Source: Monocercomonoides exilis PA203
Taxonomy: Eukaryota > Protista > Preaxostyla
Direction of reading: 5' to 3'
Length of the DNA: 64,000 nucleotides
Assembly (NCBI GenBank): GCA_001643675.2
Contig: LSRY02000020.1
Coordinates: 992,001-1,056,000 of the forward strand
Of this stretch, positions 1-13,493 are shown piece after piece. Position 1 is the stretch's first letter. Each line of letters begins with the position of its first letter. The notes under the pieces were generated by a model. The model searched no databases and was not told the DNA's origin. It saw only the letters and a list, made by a program, of their open reading frames with translations. The translations under genes were made by a program, and so were the position numbers.

Positions 1-678
1 TTTTTATTCAAAAACAATTGAATTTGTTTTTCATATTTTATTTCTTTATAATTGATTATTGAATACAACTGGAGTTAAATTGCTTCCCTTCATGCAAACG
101 GAATGGATAGAAGCATCCTTCTTTTGTTGAAACTCTCAATCAGCAAAGCAAATGGAAAAAATTGAAATACAAAATAATTAATTATCGAAAATTATGGAGT
201 GTTTTGATCATCCCATTGAATGATCTTGAAAATTGCTAGTAGAAATAGAATTAATTTTGAAACATGGAGCAAAAAATTTTCTCATTTGTCATATTCTCGG
301 CAGAGTGAAAAGTGCACAGATGTATGGAACTTTCTTGTCACCAAATCCGGACACGACGAAGCAACAATGATCAAACATATGTTTTTGCATACAAACAATG
401 GGAAAGAATTGTTTTCAGATATCCAAAGCATATTCAATGGTTTGTATTAAGCCAGTTTTCATAATTTTAATATTTGAAATTTTGAAACGATATTTTTTGA
501 AAAAAAAAGGTTCGTCCTGTTGCGAATGGCATCAGCTTACAATTCAGAGCAAAATAAACACGCGAAAGTTACATTGCTAAAGTGTGTGTGCAACGAATTC
601 AGTTTAAGGCAGCTTCATGATTGTGGCTTCCAGGGTTCGCAAGGAAACAACAATCATATCAAAAAGAGGCGAAATATT

Positions 679-2870
679 ATCTAGGTGACAGTCGAATCGC
701 GTGAAATGATTAACATATTCTTTCTTATTTGTAGCTTCTAATGTTTATTAAATTACGATTATTGAACGACTCTCACTCCTTATCGATCTTTCTTTTATTA
801 TGAACAATAAAATTTTATAATGGGTTAGATCAACATGATGAATTGGTTGTTTCCATATCTTTGAATGGAAAACGAAAAACACAGTGTGACCTCGTATGAA
901 CATGTTTATTTTTGATTCTTATTCATAATCTGTTTGCTATTTATTTTAAAACATTTTGAACAAAGGAAACAGAAGTTAAGATCATTGTTTTCTTTGCTTT
1001 ATTGGAGATCTGCTTAAATAAAAATCAACAACAAGCAAAATCGTTTGTCCATTTTACAGATATTAGAATATACACCTATTTAAAATTAATTTGTTTGTTA
1101 TTAACATTTTTTGTCCAATAATAATATTAACACTTAAAATAGCTGCAGTGGTACAGAAAGTTACATGAAATTAAAGAAATGAAAGGATTTATGGAAAAAA
1201 ATTGTGAAAGAAAAATTTAACTCGACTTGCCTCAGAGAATTATTCATGAAAAGACACTTAATGAATGAAAATGGGAAACATTTGATGAAAGAAACAACTT
1301 TGTTGAAAAAACGTTTTGCCAATTATTGTTTGAAGAATATTGAATATTTTATATGATTAAACGATACACTATTAAAAAAATATTTGGAGTCATTTTCAAA
1401 AAAGATGAAAAGAAAATAAGAGGAAAACAGAGAAAAACTTTTAAGTGGTCTTTACGAATGCTATATGAAGCTTGGAAATAATTTCCTTTTGAGCTATCTA
1501 TCAATTCATGTGCTCTGCTTCTGAATGTTGCGTTGAAGAAAGAGTGAAAGATGATATACGATGAAACAAAGGTGGGAAATGAAAAATTGTTGACACAATA
1601 GCTTCATGTTTGTCATTATGAGTTGTCTGTTAATTGTTAATTAACTATCGATTAATCTCAAATAATAAACTAGAAGATCAAACAATCAATGATTTCTGTT
1701 TTGAAGTTCAAAATCAATAAAAACAATATTTACTATTTTTTGTTGAGAACAAAATAAACAAGCATTCTTTTTTTTTGTTTTAAACAAATCATAAATACAT
1801 CACTTATATTTGATAAAAGCAAAAACAACATTTCTATTTTTTCTTAAAGGCTTTTTGCATTTCAGAAAACTCAAACTTTCTTATCTTCGCTTTATTTTTG
1901 TCAAATAAAAACATAAAAAAATTGAGAAAAAAAATAATATATATTAACAAAATATCAAAAAAGAATGTTAATTATTGTAAATTAGATAAATAAAAAACAA
2001 GAAGCTTAACTTGCACATCTCCATTTTTCTTCTCCTTCTCTTCCAATCCTCCTCTTTCGATCCTCCTCTTCCTCTTTTTCTTTGCTTATTTCCCCTTCTT
2101 TCTTCTTCCAATCTATCCATCTCGGGAACTCTTCCAGTTCTGCTGCTGTTTCTCTCGCAAAATGCAGCCCAAACGCAACTGAGATTCTTTAAACCAATTA
2201 ACAAAAAGCTTATAAGCGATATGTGTAATTATATCATCATCAAAAATTGAAGAACACCACGCATAGCAACTTTAACTTTTTCAATCATTAAGTGTCTTTT
2301 CATGAATAATTCTCTGAGGCAAGTCGAGTTAAATTTTTCTTTCACAATTTTTTTCCATAAATCCTTTCATTTCTTTAATTTCATGTAACTTTCTGTACCA
2401 CTGCAGCTATTTTAAGTGTTAATATTATTATTGGACAAAAAATGTTAATAACAAACAAATTAATTTTAAATAGGTGTATATTCTAATATCTGTAAAATGG
2501 ACAAACGATTTTGCTTGTTGTTGATTTTTATTTAAGCAGATCTCCAATAAAGCAAAGAAAACAATGATCTTAACTTCTGTTTCCTTTGTTCAAAATGTTT
2601 TAAAATAAATAGCAAACAGATTATGAATAAGAATCAAAAATAAACATGTTCATACGAGGTCACACTGTGTTTTTCGTTTTCCATTCAAAGATATGGAAAC
2701 AACCAATTCATCATGTTGATCTAACCCATTATAAAATTTTATTGTTCATAATAAAAGAAAGATCGATAAGGAGTGAGAGTCGTTCAATAATCGTAATTTA
2801 ATAAACATTAGAAGCTACAAATAAGAAAGAATATGTTAATCATTTCACGCGATTCGACTGTCACCTAGAT
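679..2870. repeat. Inverted repeat with 586-bp arms (679-1264 and 2285-2870) and a ~1.0-kb spacer
   Basis: atctaggtgacagtcga...aagacacttaatga is the reverse complement of tcattaagtgtctt...tcgactgtcacctagat. No mismatches noticed by eye. Confidence 0.95.
680..960 (+). pseudogene. Possible piggyBac-like transposase C-terminal remnant, lying inside the IR arm
   Basis: Manual translation near 813-945 gives FYNGLDQHDELVVSISLNGKRKTQCDLV*TCLFLILIHNLFAIY, resembling the piggyBac GVDxxDQ...RKT..W...F..L...N...Y block. Very degraded. Confidence 0.35.
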
Positions 2871-3199
2871 TATATTTCTCCATTAAATAATAATATCTTA
2901 TTGTTAAAGATATATTTAAAAAGAAAAGTGCTGGTGGATTCTGAATTATGAATATCAAAAAAAAGTTTAAAAAAAATTTTTGTTGTTTGTTCATTAAAAA
3001 ATTGATAAAGAACAACACTGAATGATTTGAAAAACGAACAAATAGAAAACAATAACTTAGTTCGTTATTAGCTTTAACTTGATGCATTCTGATTCATCGA
3101 TTTTTTCATTTTATTCGAGAAAAGAAAAAAAAAGTTAATAGATTAAAAAAATTTATAATTCAAACTTCCATTTATTAATTAATATTATTGACAGCCAAT

Positions 3200-4050
3200 G
3201 TTTTCAAAAATGTGAAAAAAGAGCTTTCTTCTTGTCATTTGTGAGCAAAAGAATCCATGTGCGATTGAATTATAGAATGTCTAACTCCATGTGGTGGTGA
3301 ACTTTTGCGTAACATAGACCAGAGACTTTCTATGCTGTTTGTGTGAGTGTTTGTATTTTTATCAATGAATGTTTTTTTGCAGTTGTCCATTCAATGTATG
3401 TTGCATAGATTTTCCATTCTATCTCAGGCCCACCAGCTGTAGCTGTTGATCATTGAACCCAATTCAATGTGTCTTCTTACCGAAGAATGCAAAGAATGCT
3501 TTTTTCTGTCTGGAACCATTTCCATAAACATATTGCGTTTTTCTTTTCCTGTTTGAGATACGTCAGTATCACAAAAAACCCACTGCTAAGGTTTTTTCCT
3601 TCCTTTTTTGAATTTTCTGCTAAATAATAGAATTTCATCTATTTGAACAATTCAATTTTTTCTTCCGATTCTTCTCTTCATGATTTGCATCTAACCGAAA
3701 CGCTGTTCCCCTGAAAGCGGGAACAAATATGGCAAACAGTTTTTTTGGACAGATTTGTGAGTAAAGTTGCTTGTTTTGCTGTTATATTTATCCAAAAGAA
3801 TAGTGACGATTTCATAAATTGATGCAATTTTATTCGAATATTTCCAAATATTGTATTTTTCCTAAAGCTGACTGATAGGTGATGGAAACGGTAGCGAAAT
3901 CTTTCATCTGCTTCTTTTTTGAATCCAATCTTCTTTTTGCATTTGCTGCAGAAAATTTACTTCTCAACCAGATTCATTTCCTCAAGAAAATCAACTGTTT
4001 TATCTTCATCGTTGAAGGTTTGGCTCAATTTGGATATTTCTGATTTTTTT
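3200..4050 (-). mobile_element. Merlin/IS1595 (ISXO2-like) transposase pseudogene
   Basis: Minus-strand translation shows N-terminal FNDEDKTVDFLEEMNL..FCSKC (Zn ribbon) and C-terminal CKKTFIDKNTNTHTNSIESLWSMLRK. Many stops. Confidence 0.8.
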
Positions 4051-4099
4051 TTATTTGAATTTTCCATATTTAATAATGTTTTTTGTCCGCCTATTCGGA

Positions 4100-5016
4100 T
4101 TGCACCGATAATTGATTCAAACTCCATTTCCCTTCAGACCATTGGACATTCACTGGCAACCAAAGCAGACTCACTGCAAGGTTGGGTGCTAAGCCAGCTC
4201 GGTGTCCAAACGCTGCCTACGCTAATTTCCGCTTCTGCGTCGGTAATTTCTCAATCAAGTCTTCCAGAAACAGAAGGAAAAGCAACACAAGAAAAAAGAA
4301 CAGATGAAGAATCAGACTCAGACCTTCATGAAAGGGCTGCTGAAGTTTTTCATTGCATTTTCAGTCAAGAACTAAATAAATCCATATTTAATCTACAGCT
4401 TCCTTCTATTTCTGTGGAAAATATCGAACAAGAATATGCGCTTCAGGATCTGAGCCCAGCATTGCCGCCAGCACCTCACCTTTTCCAAAAATCTGCTTAT
4501 TTATTTAATGATACGTTGGATTCTGCTGGATATAAAATTGAGCTGTGTTTGTATCAGGCTTTCAAGGCTCAGCTTCTGAACTTGGAAATCTCAGACCCTC
4601 ATTGTGAAAGCAGAGAGAGGGGAACTGATGTGTTACTTCTTATAGCGAAGGCTTTGCAGGAGGCGAGAACAACCAGGCAACAAGGAAGATTTGGTTTTCG
4701 GATGGCGGAGCAAATGAAATCAGAGAATGTGATAGGATTATTAACCGAACGGCAAGAGCAGATTTTTAAGGAGATAAGATTAACGACAAGCTCCTCAACC
4801 CCAGTGAAGTCAACGAGCATAAAGTCAGCAATTTCCTTATGGTCAAAAGGAGAGAGGAACTCAACAACACAGGGGCTCCCAAGAAGATATTTCACTGGTC
4901 CAAGAAAGATCTGGGGCTCACAGTTTTTTCGGAGAGGACTCCGCTCACATGCAGAACGAGGAGGAAAGCGGCAGAGAGATGGATGTGCCACAACGAATTG
5001 GAGATACTACGTTTAA
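4100..5016 (+). CDS. Putative gag-like ORF1 of the DIRS element
   Basis: Long open frame (3919-5016) upstream of and overlapping the RT frame, with a basic R/G-rich C-terminus. Assigned by position only. Confidence 0.5.
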
Positions 5017-5059
5017 AGTTAGAGTCAACAACAAAGATAGAATATGGAGTGAGGAAAGG

Positions 5060-6570
5060 ATTTATATGCAGGACAAGGATTGGAGGAAGAACGGAGTTTT
5101 TCATGGAAGCTTGGGAAAGAATTGGTGGTGCCAAGTTGATCAGACAGTGTGTGAAGGGGATGTGGAAAAGCAAACACATAAGAAGGAAGCTAAGGGATAT
5201 GCAGTGCAGAGATGGACCTGTGCACTCAAATGAAGAACAAATAAAAGCGTTCACAGATCTTTTGAAGGAGCAGATAGAGACAGGAATTGTGGAGGGGATA
5301 AGGTCAGAAGATGTGAGGCACAGAAGCAACGTGTTTTTGATCAGAAAGAAATCGGGAGCATGGAGACAGATACTGGATTGCAGGAGATTAAACACAGCCT
5401 TGATAAAGACACACTTCAAATGCGACAACGAAAAGACTGTGGAGCGTGTGCTGAGAGGACAAGATTACGCAGTAACAGTGGATTTACAACAGGCCTACTA
5501 TCTGCTTCCGGTTTCCAAAGACCTAAGACCGTATTTGGCTTTCAGATTTTCTGGAAAAGACCACGCATTAAAATGAATGCCGTTTGGTTTTGTGGATGCT
5601 CCAATAATTTTCACGCAGGCGATGATGAAGATGAATTCAGAAATAAGGCAATGATGGGATGTTAGTGAGATCGCATATTTGGGCGATTTCATTATATCGC
5701 ACGAGAACAAGATAAACTTTGCACAGGCCACCAAAGAGATTATCAGATTTCTGGAAGAACGAGGTCGATTGGTGAACCAGTAGAAAAGCCAGTTGATCCC
5801 AAGAAAAAGGTTTTCTTTTTTTGGCTTCGAGTGGGACTCGTCGAAGATGAAGGTTCGGCTTGCAAGAGATAGAAGAAAAGCACTGACTCGCTTGTGTCGC
5901 AGATGTGAAAAAGATTGCATGAAAGCAAGAATTGTGAAAGTGAGTGATCTGGCTTCTTTTATTGGAAAACTCAACGCTGTTCGGTTTGTTCAGCCAGACA
6001 CTTCTCTATGGCTTCACTCCATGCATCGTATGCTACAGATAGGAATAAAGGAAAGAGGATGGAAAGGCAAATTGAGGTTGAATGCTTCAATCCGGCAGCA
6101 GATTCGGCAATGGATATCGAAGTTGAGAGCACACCCAAGACGCAGGCTTATCCCAGTATTTTCCCCGGATGCAACTCTAACAACGGATGCATCGGAGACG
6201 GCTTGGGGAGCATCTCTTCTCTTGAACAACATGCTCCTCGATGCACGCAATCCGTTCCACCACCTCGTGAGGAAACAATCGTCCAATTTTAGTGAACTGA
6301 TGGATGTCTAACTTGCTCTCAGTCACTTCTCACCAATCCTTTTGGAACATCATGTTCACTTTCTTCACCCAAGATCGGATAACACATCTGTGGTGTTCAA
6401 CATAAACAGGTGGAATGCAGGGAAGAGGCTTCGAACAGTGCTGAGGAAATTACGGAGACTCAAACAAGATCTAGGCATAGAGTTGAGTGCGTCACAAGTT
6501 AAAGGTGGACTGAACACAAGAGCAGATGCGTCATCACGACTGGAGAGAGCAGGAGACTACGAGGTGCAGG
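5060..6570 (+). pseudogene. DIRS reverse transcriptase and RNase H
   Basis: RT motifs: IGGR, VFLIRKKSGAWRQILDCRRLN, VDLQQAYY, *MPFG, IAYLGDF (YxDD mutated), FFGFEWDS. RNase H motifs: LTTDASETAWGA, SSNFSEL, SDNTSVV, NTRADASSR. In-frame stops at ~5574, 5780 and 6309. Confidence 0.93.
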
Positions 6571-6960
6571 AAGAAGAATGGGAAAAGATAATGACGAAAC
6601 TCTCCATTGCTCCAACCCTGGACGCGTTTGCAGTGCAACACAACCGCAAAGTGGGAAGATGGTACGGAGTAGGAAGTCAGCTCGCAGAAGACGGACTGAT
6701 GTTTCCCTGGAAAAACGAAGTCGTGTTAGCTCATCCACCGATCCCTCTTGTGATTCCGACTATCCAGAAAGCACGACAGGAGAGAGCACAAGTGATTTAA
6801 CTCCTGCCGAATTGGAAGGGATAGAATTTGGAAAGCATGTTAAGGTCCAATCCCCGTTTGGAATGGACTTGGAAAAATCAGAAGGAGGTTCTGTGGAAGG
6901 GTCCATAAATGCAATGGACATGTGCGAGTCTTCCACCAGGTCGATTGAGAATAATCTGGC
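6571..6960 (+). pseudogene. DIRS-associated DNA N6-adenine-methyltransferase-like domain
   Basis: LDAFAVQHNRK...DGLMFPW...LAHPPIPLV...VI*LLPNW matches the DxFA / xPP / P.W pattern of the MT domain found after RNase H in DIRS1. Confidence 0.8.
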
Positions 6961-6979
6961 TGAATGCACTTTACGAGAT

Positions 6980-7950
6980 GGAGAACAATGGTGGAAGAAT
7001 GCATTGGAACAAAAATCAGTCCCTTTCTCGTCAGCATAAGAGTGCAGGGCAGGCATTTCGAGGAGCACATGGAGAGGATATCTGTATGGATTTGCTCATT
7101 TTGGAAAACAATAGAAAGAGTGTGGACATGGAAGAATTCCGGATTCTATTCAGGAGTGGGCCGCATGTTATGCAAATGTGTTTCTATCGCTTAGGAACGG
7201 TGGCATGAAGTTAACTAACCTTCAGTTGACTAGGGCAGCAATATCGCTATACTTCAACATTGTGTTCTCTTCTTTCCTTGGAGATATCACTATCACTCGT
7301 ACCCTTTTCAGATCATTCAGAAGGACAGACGAGTCAAGGAAAAAGAAGACAGGAGACATTTGGAATCCTCGAATAGTGCTTGAGTTCTTTTCTGGACTGG
7401 GACCAAATGAAGGATTAAGTTTCAAACAGCTCACGATGAAAGAAATTACACGAACGATGTTGTTTACGCTTGCAGATTCACGGAGCTTGAGAGGATTAAC
7501 ATGTTGGAAAGTAAGTTCGAGGAGAAGTGTGTGTTACTGGATGCAAAGTTGAATATCTTATTCACAAAAACGGAGATTGATGTTTCGTTCTTGCCAGAAC
7601 TGAGTTTGATTTGAACGGCATCAGCTATCCAAGAAAAGTGTAAGAGAGAACAGGAGAAAAACAGACACACAGACAAGTCACTTTTGAACACAAAGAACTT
7701 TCACCTGAAAGCTGTCGAAGGAATACGGAAGCTTTCAAACGAAGGGATTTGAAATGCATAAGCGCCCAAGAGATTCACACCTTTCTCGATCAAAACAGTA
7801 AGCCTTTCAGCACTGACAATTGCAGGAATTCCCCCTGAATAAGTGGCAACGTTTGAACGATTGCCCACACGAACAAATACGTTGGAGAAACATTATTTTC
7901 TATCAAAACGAGCATCATCAATAACCTGCATTATTGCTTCTGCAACGAAC
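6980..7950 (+). pseudogene. DIRS tyrosine recombinase, frameshifted
   Basis: RAAISLYF, DIWNPRIVLEFF, LSFKQLTMK, FTPFSIK and TLEKHYF resemble the DIRS YR W-D-x-x-x-V-L, L..L..K, HSxR and F..HY blocks. Confidence 0.75.
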
Positions 7951-9643
7951 GATCAAGAAGAAAAGGAGAATAGAGAGAATGAAAACAGAAGAGCCATATG
8001 CAGAAAATCCGAAGCGAAGAAGAGAGGCGGAAATGAGAAAACCAAAAGATTACAAGTAAATTACTCCATTTGTCAACGAGAAACTTCAGAACAAAGAAGA
8101 AAGGAAGAGCAGCCAATAAGGCAAACAAGAATTGAAGAGCCCACTGAAAGAAAACGAGATGCACCAGCACAGAGAGAAAAGTTAGTGATCAGAACAAGAG
8201 CCCAAATAAAGAAGGGAACAGAGGAAAAGCTAAGGACGATTACGAAAGTTAAACTGATGATGGTCTCATCATCTCCCAATTAACATTGGTTCTCAATGAG
8301 TACTTATTTTTGAAATCATAACTTTTTTCGGGTTGCAGATTTATCAAATTTTGCTTTTCATTGGAAAGAGCTTTTTAATTCATATGCTGAATTTATCACA
8401 ACTGTTTTTTGATAAAGAAAACCAGCTGAAATAAATATTCAAATATCTTTATTGAGCCTTTTTTCTCTTCAGCAATCATGCATTTATGTTCAAAGGATAA
8501 ACTTGAACATAAATTTTTGAATGAACAAATATGATTTCAAAAATAATCACCAAAATTATAAGAGAAGGAATTTGATATTCGATTTTCTTTCTTCATAAAA
8601 AAATTAAAAAAAAATAAGAAAATTAAGTGGATAATTTTGATCAGATAAAAAAAGATTCAAACTGCACTATATTGAAAAAATTTAATTTTAAAACGGAAAA
8701 AAAGATAATTGAAGAAATATTATATATTTTACGGAGAGTGTGATTCTTTTCTGAATAATGGACTTATTACTAATAAGTCGCAGTTATTACGGATAAGAAG
8801 CATTTGTTACGAGAATAACTCATGATATCTGTCAAAGAGTATTTCTTTTAATGGAAACCATTGTTGCATTGAGAAATAATGATGTTTCTGGAGATTATTT
8901 GATTTTCAAAAAAACAACAAAAAAAAAATTCACACATTTGCAAAAAACAATGGAAAATATTTCCAATATTCGACCAATTTTTCTTTTGATAAAACGAAAA
9001 TTATATCATTTTTTCATAGAGTATAATTGCTCATAACATAATAAACAAATGAAATCAATCAAATAATGAAATTCATTATTAAATTGAGGGATTTGAAGGT
9101 TTTTTTCATTAACCCACAACAATGTAATTTTATTGATTCCCAAAAAATACTGAGTAATTCCGAGAAAGACAGACTTGTTACGTGTATTTTTTTGTTCATC
9201 AGAAAAGAAATTATTTTTGTTTAAAGAATCAGTAATTACAGTGACAACATCGATGTTTCATCGAACATATTTAACAATACTAAACAACTTGTTCATATTC
9301 AGCTATTTTAATTTTTTTTTTTTACGAAACAATTCATAGTAATGGAAAAATTTATATTTGACGAAAAGAAAAACCCTTTGAGTGAAACATTTGTCTTTTC
9401 AAAAAAGAACGAGTTGAAACCCAAAAGTCATATGTTTTTCGAAAAAGACACATTTTTTCGCACAAAGCCAATATGTCTGAAAAGAAAACATAACCATATA
9501 TAAAACGGGTTTATCTTTTGTGAGTTTGTTTTGATATTGATTAAATAACCGGAAATGAGTTCAGTCACTCACCGTTCATGTTAATTGTTAAATGTTGGAA
9601 ACATTGATTCTTAAATTATTATGGTTGTTCAAGAAAAACAAAT

Positions 9644-11092
9644 ATGTCTATCTTTTTATTAAAAATGCCTTTCGTTTCTTCAACTTTTAGTCCATCTTCA
9701 TTTGAAACAGTTTTTACAGGATTTATTCCAAAATTAGACCTCCACTTCATTTCATCCTTTTTGTCTCAAAACCCTTCAAGAACAAAATTTTCATTAATTC
9801 GTTCCTTCTTCAACGCTTTCAAAATTAGAAAAGTTAAAATCCCTTCAAACGTTCGAATTGCAAAGGCATTCAGCTGCACACCGAGCCTTGTCTGCCAGAT
9901 TCGAACTGGATATATTAGGAAAAAGGTTATCGAGAAAAAGAACATGTTGATGACTCGAAAGCAAGAAAAACGAGTCATGGAAATACTGAAAATTTTGAGA
10001 GATAAAAGAAAGCAAATCACACCGAAAACGCTAAGAGCCGTTATTGCGAAAGTTTGTCATAAAACGCCTTCTCACAATTTACATTCTTCATTCATAAAAA
10101 GGCATAGCGAGGAATTGATGATCGTTCCTTCAAGCGTGAGAGACGAAAAAAGAATGAAAATTTCGGAACAAAGAATAATTCCCTTAAAAAATCATTTGAT
10201 TCAATGTGTGTATGGAAAATATTCTTCAATGATCTTTTGTGCTGATGAATCAGGTTATCATTCCCATGAAAATACAAGAAAGGTTAACCTTATAGTGGGA
10301 ACAAATGAAAATCGTGAAATTGATCACACACCCGTGGACAAATGAGAGAAAAGAATATCATTGTTCCACTGCATTTCACTTGATGGAACTTTTGTTCCTT
10401 CTTATTTTCTGGTGCTAAAACCATTCAATATGAGACCCCTTCAATCTCTAGGCTATAAAATCGGAATTCATGGTTGTGTGGAAATCGGAAATTCGTCTTA
10501 TTTCACAAAGGAATAGTTTGAAAACTGGATTGAGAAAGTTTTCATTCCTCGTGTCAACATTAAAAGATTGATTTTGCCAGATAAACACGCACAGGCAGTG
10601 TTGGTTATTGATGGCTGCAGAATCCACCTATCGGATAATGTATTGACTCGTCTTGCTAATGAAAATATTTTGCTTTTGGTTTTTCCTCCAAATACAACAC
10701 ATTTGCTACAGTCATTGGATTTATTAATTTTTTCACTTTGGAAACTTCAAATTCAACAGGTAAGATCAGGTTCAACGCACGACAGCTCAGAACAACTTTT
10801 GTGGGTTGCAGTGAATGCCATTCTGCAAGTTTCTTCATTGTTCAATATTCTTTCTGCATTCAAAGAAAGTGGACTTGAAAATGATTTTCATAATGTTCCT
10901 TCAACAGCCCAGATCTTTGAAGAAAGCTTCAAAAAAGTGATCGAAATTGTGAAATTGGACAACAAATCATTGCCGCTATCATGTACAAGAAAAACAAGAC
11001 AAACAAAGGGAGGTGAATGGGGAATAATGAACATCGACAGAATGCCAGTTTATTTTGGACTTCCGCAAAAAACAATACTTGGTGAACAATAG
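9644..11092 (+). mobile_element. pogo/CENP-B-like (DDE_1) transposase pseudogene
   Basis: IFCADESG, AVLVIDGCRIH and VFPPNTTHLLQSLDL. In-frame stops at ~10343 and ~10514. Confidence 0.88.
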
Positions 11093-11718
11093 ATATGTGT
11101 GAAAGTTTTTTTCATTCATATTTCATGGAGCATTTCAAAAAAAAACATGATAAAATAAACAAAATATTCATCAAATCTTTGTTTTTCTTAATTTCAATAA
11201 TACAAAAAGAATTAACAATGAACAAGAACAGTGAGTATCTGTTTGCTTCCTCGAATTGATCCATATATTTGGTCTGTAGCATTCTTTGTTCGTTATTTCA
11301 ATGGCAATTTAAAAATAAATTATTTTTTGTTTTTTGTTAAATGATATTGCTCTGAACAAAGTTCACATATGAACTCCGTTCAAAGAAATATTCAATCTCC
11401 ATCTCAATTTGATATTGACTTCTCTTCTCAAGCACTATCACACCAGCCTTCAACTTCCGTATGTGCTTCTCAGAATTCAAATGTGCTTGGTACAATTGAA
11501 GTTCAGGAACATTCTTGAATACTGTCATGTTTACCAGCAAAAATTAAAATGGAAATGTTTGAGTTAGAATATTGCAAAGAATTTTTTTTTTACAATTTTG
11601 ATTTATATTTTTATTTTTATTTTTTTTTTTTTGAAAAGAAACAAACGAGATGTTTGATTTAGCTCTTCGAAAAGCTGATTCAAACAAAGATAGCGTTGAA
11701 AAGAAAATTATGAACAGT

Positions 11719-12898
11719 GAAATTACGAAGTTTTCAAATTCCTAGTCCGAAAGAAAGCTATTTGATTATTTGTTCAAACAAAAAATCTTTTGATAAATAA
11801 AAATTAACTGAAAAACAAATACTCAGCATAATTTGCGAACTTGAAAACGAAAAAATCCAGACTCCGAAAAAAGAAACAAAAGGTTCTTCATCGCTAACTG
11901 ACAAAATGCTTTATAACCTAAAATGGCTGTTTTCTGGAACTGCACAAACAAGAATTGGGATTTGATCCAACAAAAGCAACCACATTATTTCTGATGCAAT
12001 AATCCAAATACGTCCACTCCTGTTGAAAATTTTGAGAAAAATGAACATTGAGAAAAGAAGACCAAAATATACAGATACAGATGAATCTTTTGGAACGGTT
12101 GCACTACAAGTGGACGCAACGTCTATAAGAACAGACAAGCCAGCTAGCAGTTTTGAAAATCAGAAGTTGCTCTGGGATAGGCATCATAAAGTTTATGGAT
12201 TATTAAACAGCTTTCAGTTGCAACAAGCCATCCTTTTGAAGCATTGTTTGCTTCAGAAGTTGTTGAGGGTCACATCCATGATTTCTCATTGTTTGAACGA
12301 GACTTGAAGCCGTTGAAAGAATATTTACAAATATCAGAATACGAAAGAGATAAATATGGATTGGACGAAGGAATTAAACATTGGAAAGTTATGGCAGACA
12401 GAGGATATCAAGGTGCTGTTGAAGGAATAGAAGTCATAACACTAATCAAGAATGTCCAAACGATAGAAGAAATAGCAATTAATGAAAGACAAACAAAGAA
12501 ACGGATTCCTGTTGAATGGTTTTTCGGAAAAATGAAGAGGCTATGGTTGCAATGTGCAAACAGGAACAGAAACGGCTTGGATGATGCAAAGTATGATATC
12601 GAAATTGCAGTTTGGCTAATAAATTTAAATATTCAGGCATATGATTTATGTAAAGATGATGGATAATAAGAGAAGAAATGTATTTCTTTTTATCATTTAG
12701 AGATTGAAAAGCAAAAAAGAAAAGAAAGAAAAGAAAAGAAAAAGAAGAAAGTCAGAATTGAATGCTTTTTTCAGAGAAAAAATAAAAAGAATTCGAAGTG
12801 ACTCGCTTTCAGTGAACATGTGCAACAATCATTCAAAACAACGAAAAATTTCAAAAGATGAAATCATTTCCAATGAAAAAAGCAATGAAGAATACTAA
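11719..12898 (+). mobile_element. PIF/Harbinger-like (DDE_Tnp_4) transposase pseudogene, copy 1
   Basis: ALQVDATSI, GHIHDFSLF, VMADRGYQG and RIPVEWFFGKMKRLW. Frameshift near 12200. Confidence 0.85.
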
Positions 12899-13493
12899 CT
12901 TTTCTTTCACCATTTATGATTTTTGTTTGCTTGGTTTTTCCTGATTATTGTTGCTTATTCATAGATTTTTGCCGCCCAGATTTGACTTTTTTTTTTCAGA
13001 TTATTAATATCAATAAATAGTTGTCAGTATCTTCTTATTTCTAATTTCAACGGCAAACGATGAAATTTTTCAAGAATAATTTTTGATTCATAAAAAATAA
13101 ATTGATCATATCGTTTTGTTTTTCGTTTAATTCATTTATAAAAGCATTTTCTTTCGAGAAAGAAAAAAAAAGTTCCGAAATAATAATTGAATAAATCGAA
13201 AAGACAAAGTTATTACGAAAAGACAGTTTCATTCCAAGAAACGTCGTTTCATGTTGACATGCAAAAAACAATTCCGATAACGAATAATTCATGGCATGAT
13301 CCGATTATATAGGCACAACCAAAAATGATTTTAATCATTATATTTCAGTTTGTTATATATTATTGGAAAAGAATATGCAAATAAAAATAAGCGGGAATTT
13401 TTTTATTTTAAGGAAATTTTGAAGAATAATATTCTCACCCATGATAATTTTTGAAAATTATTTGTATTAAGTGTTCGTGTTTTTTTTGATCTC

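Larger units (their letters stand above)
4085..8300 (+). mobile_element. DIRS1-like tyrosine-recombinase retrotransposon, degenerate (gag, RT, RNase H, methyltransferase, YR)
   Basis: GC-richer island with the domain order typical of DIRS1 elements (see sub-features). Ends are approximate and terminal repeats were not identified. Confidence 0.9.

Noticed and set aside
4085-8330. DIRS inverted LTRs and internal complementary region
   Set aside because: Matching terminal repeats could not be identified by eye, so the ends were left approximate.
8760-8820. Repeated ttattac...ataag motifs as a transposon end
   Set aside because: No matching partner end was found.
11337-11540. Zn-finger-like HLNSEKH ORF as a Harbinger second ORF
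   Set aside because: It has no upstream CxxC and no Myb/SANT Trp pattern. It is likely an antisense shadow.
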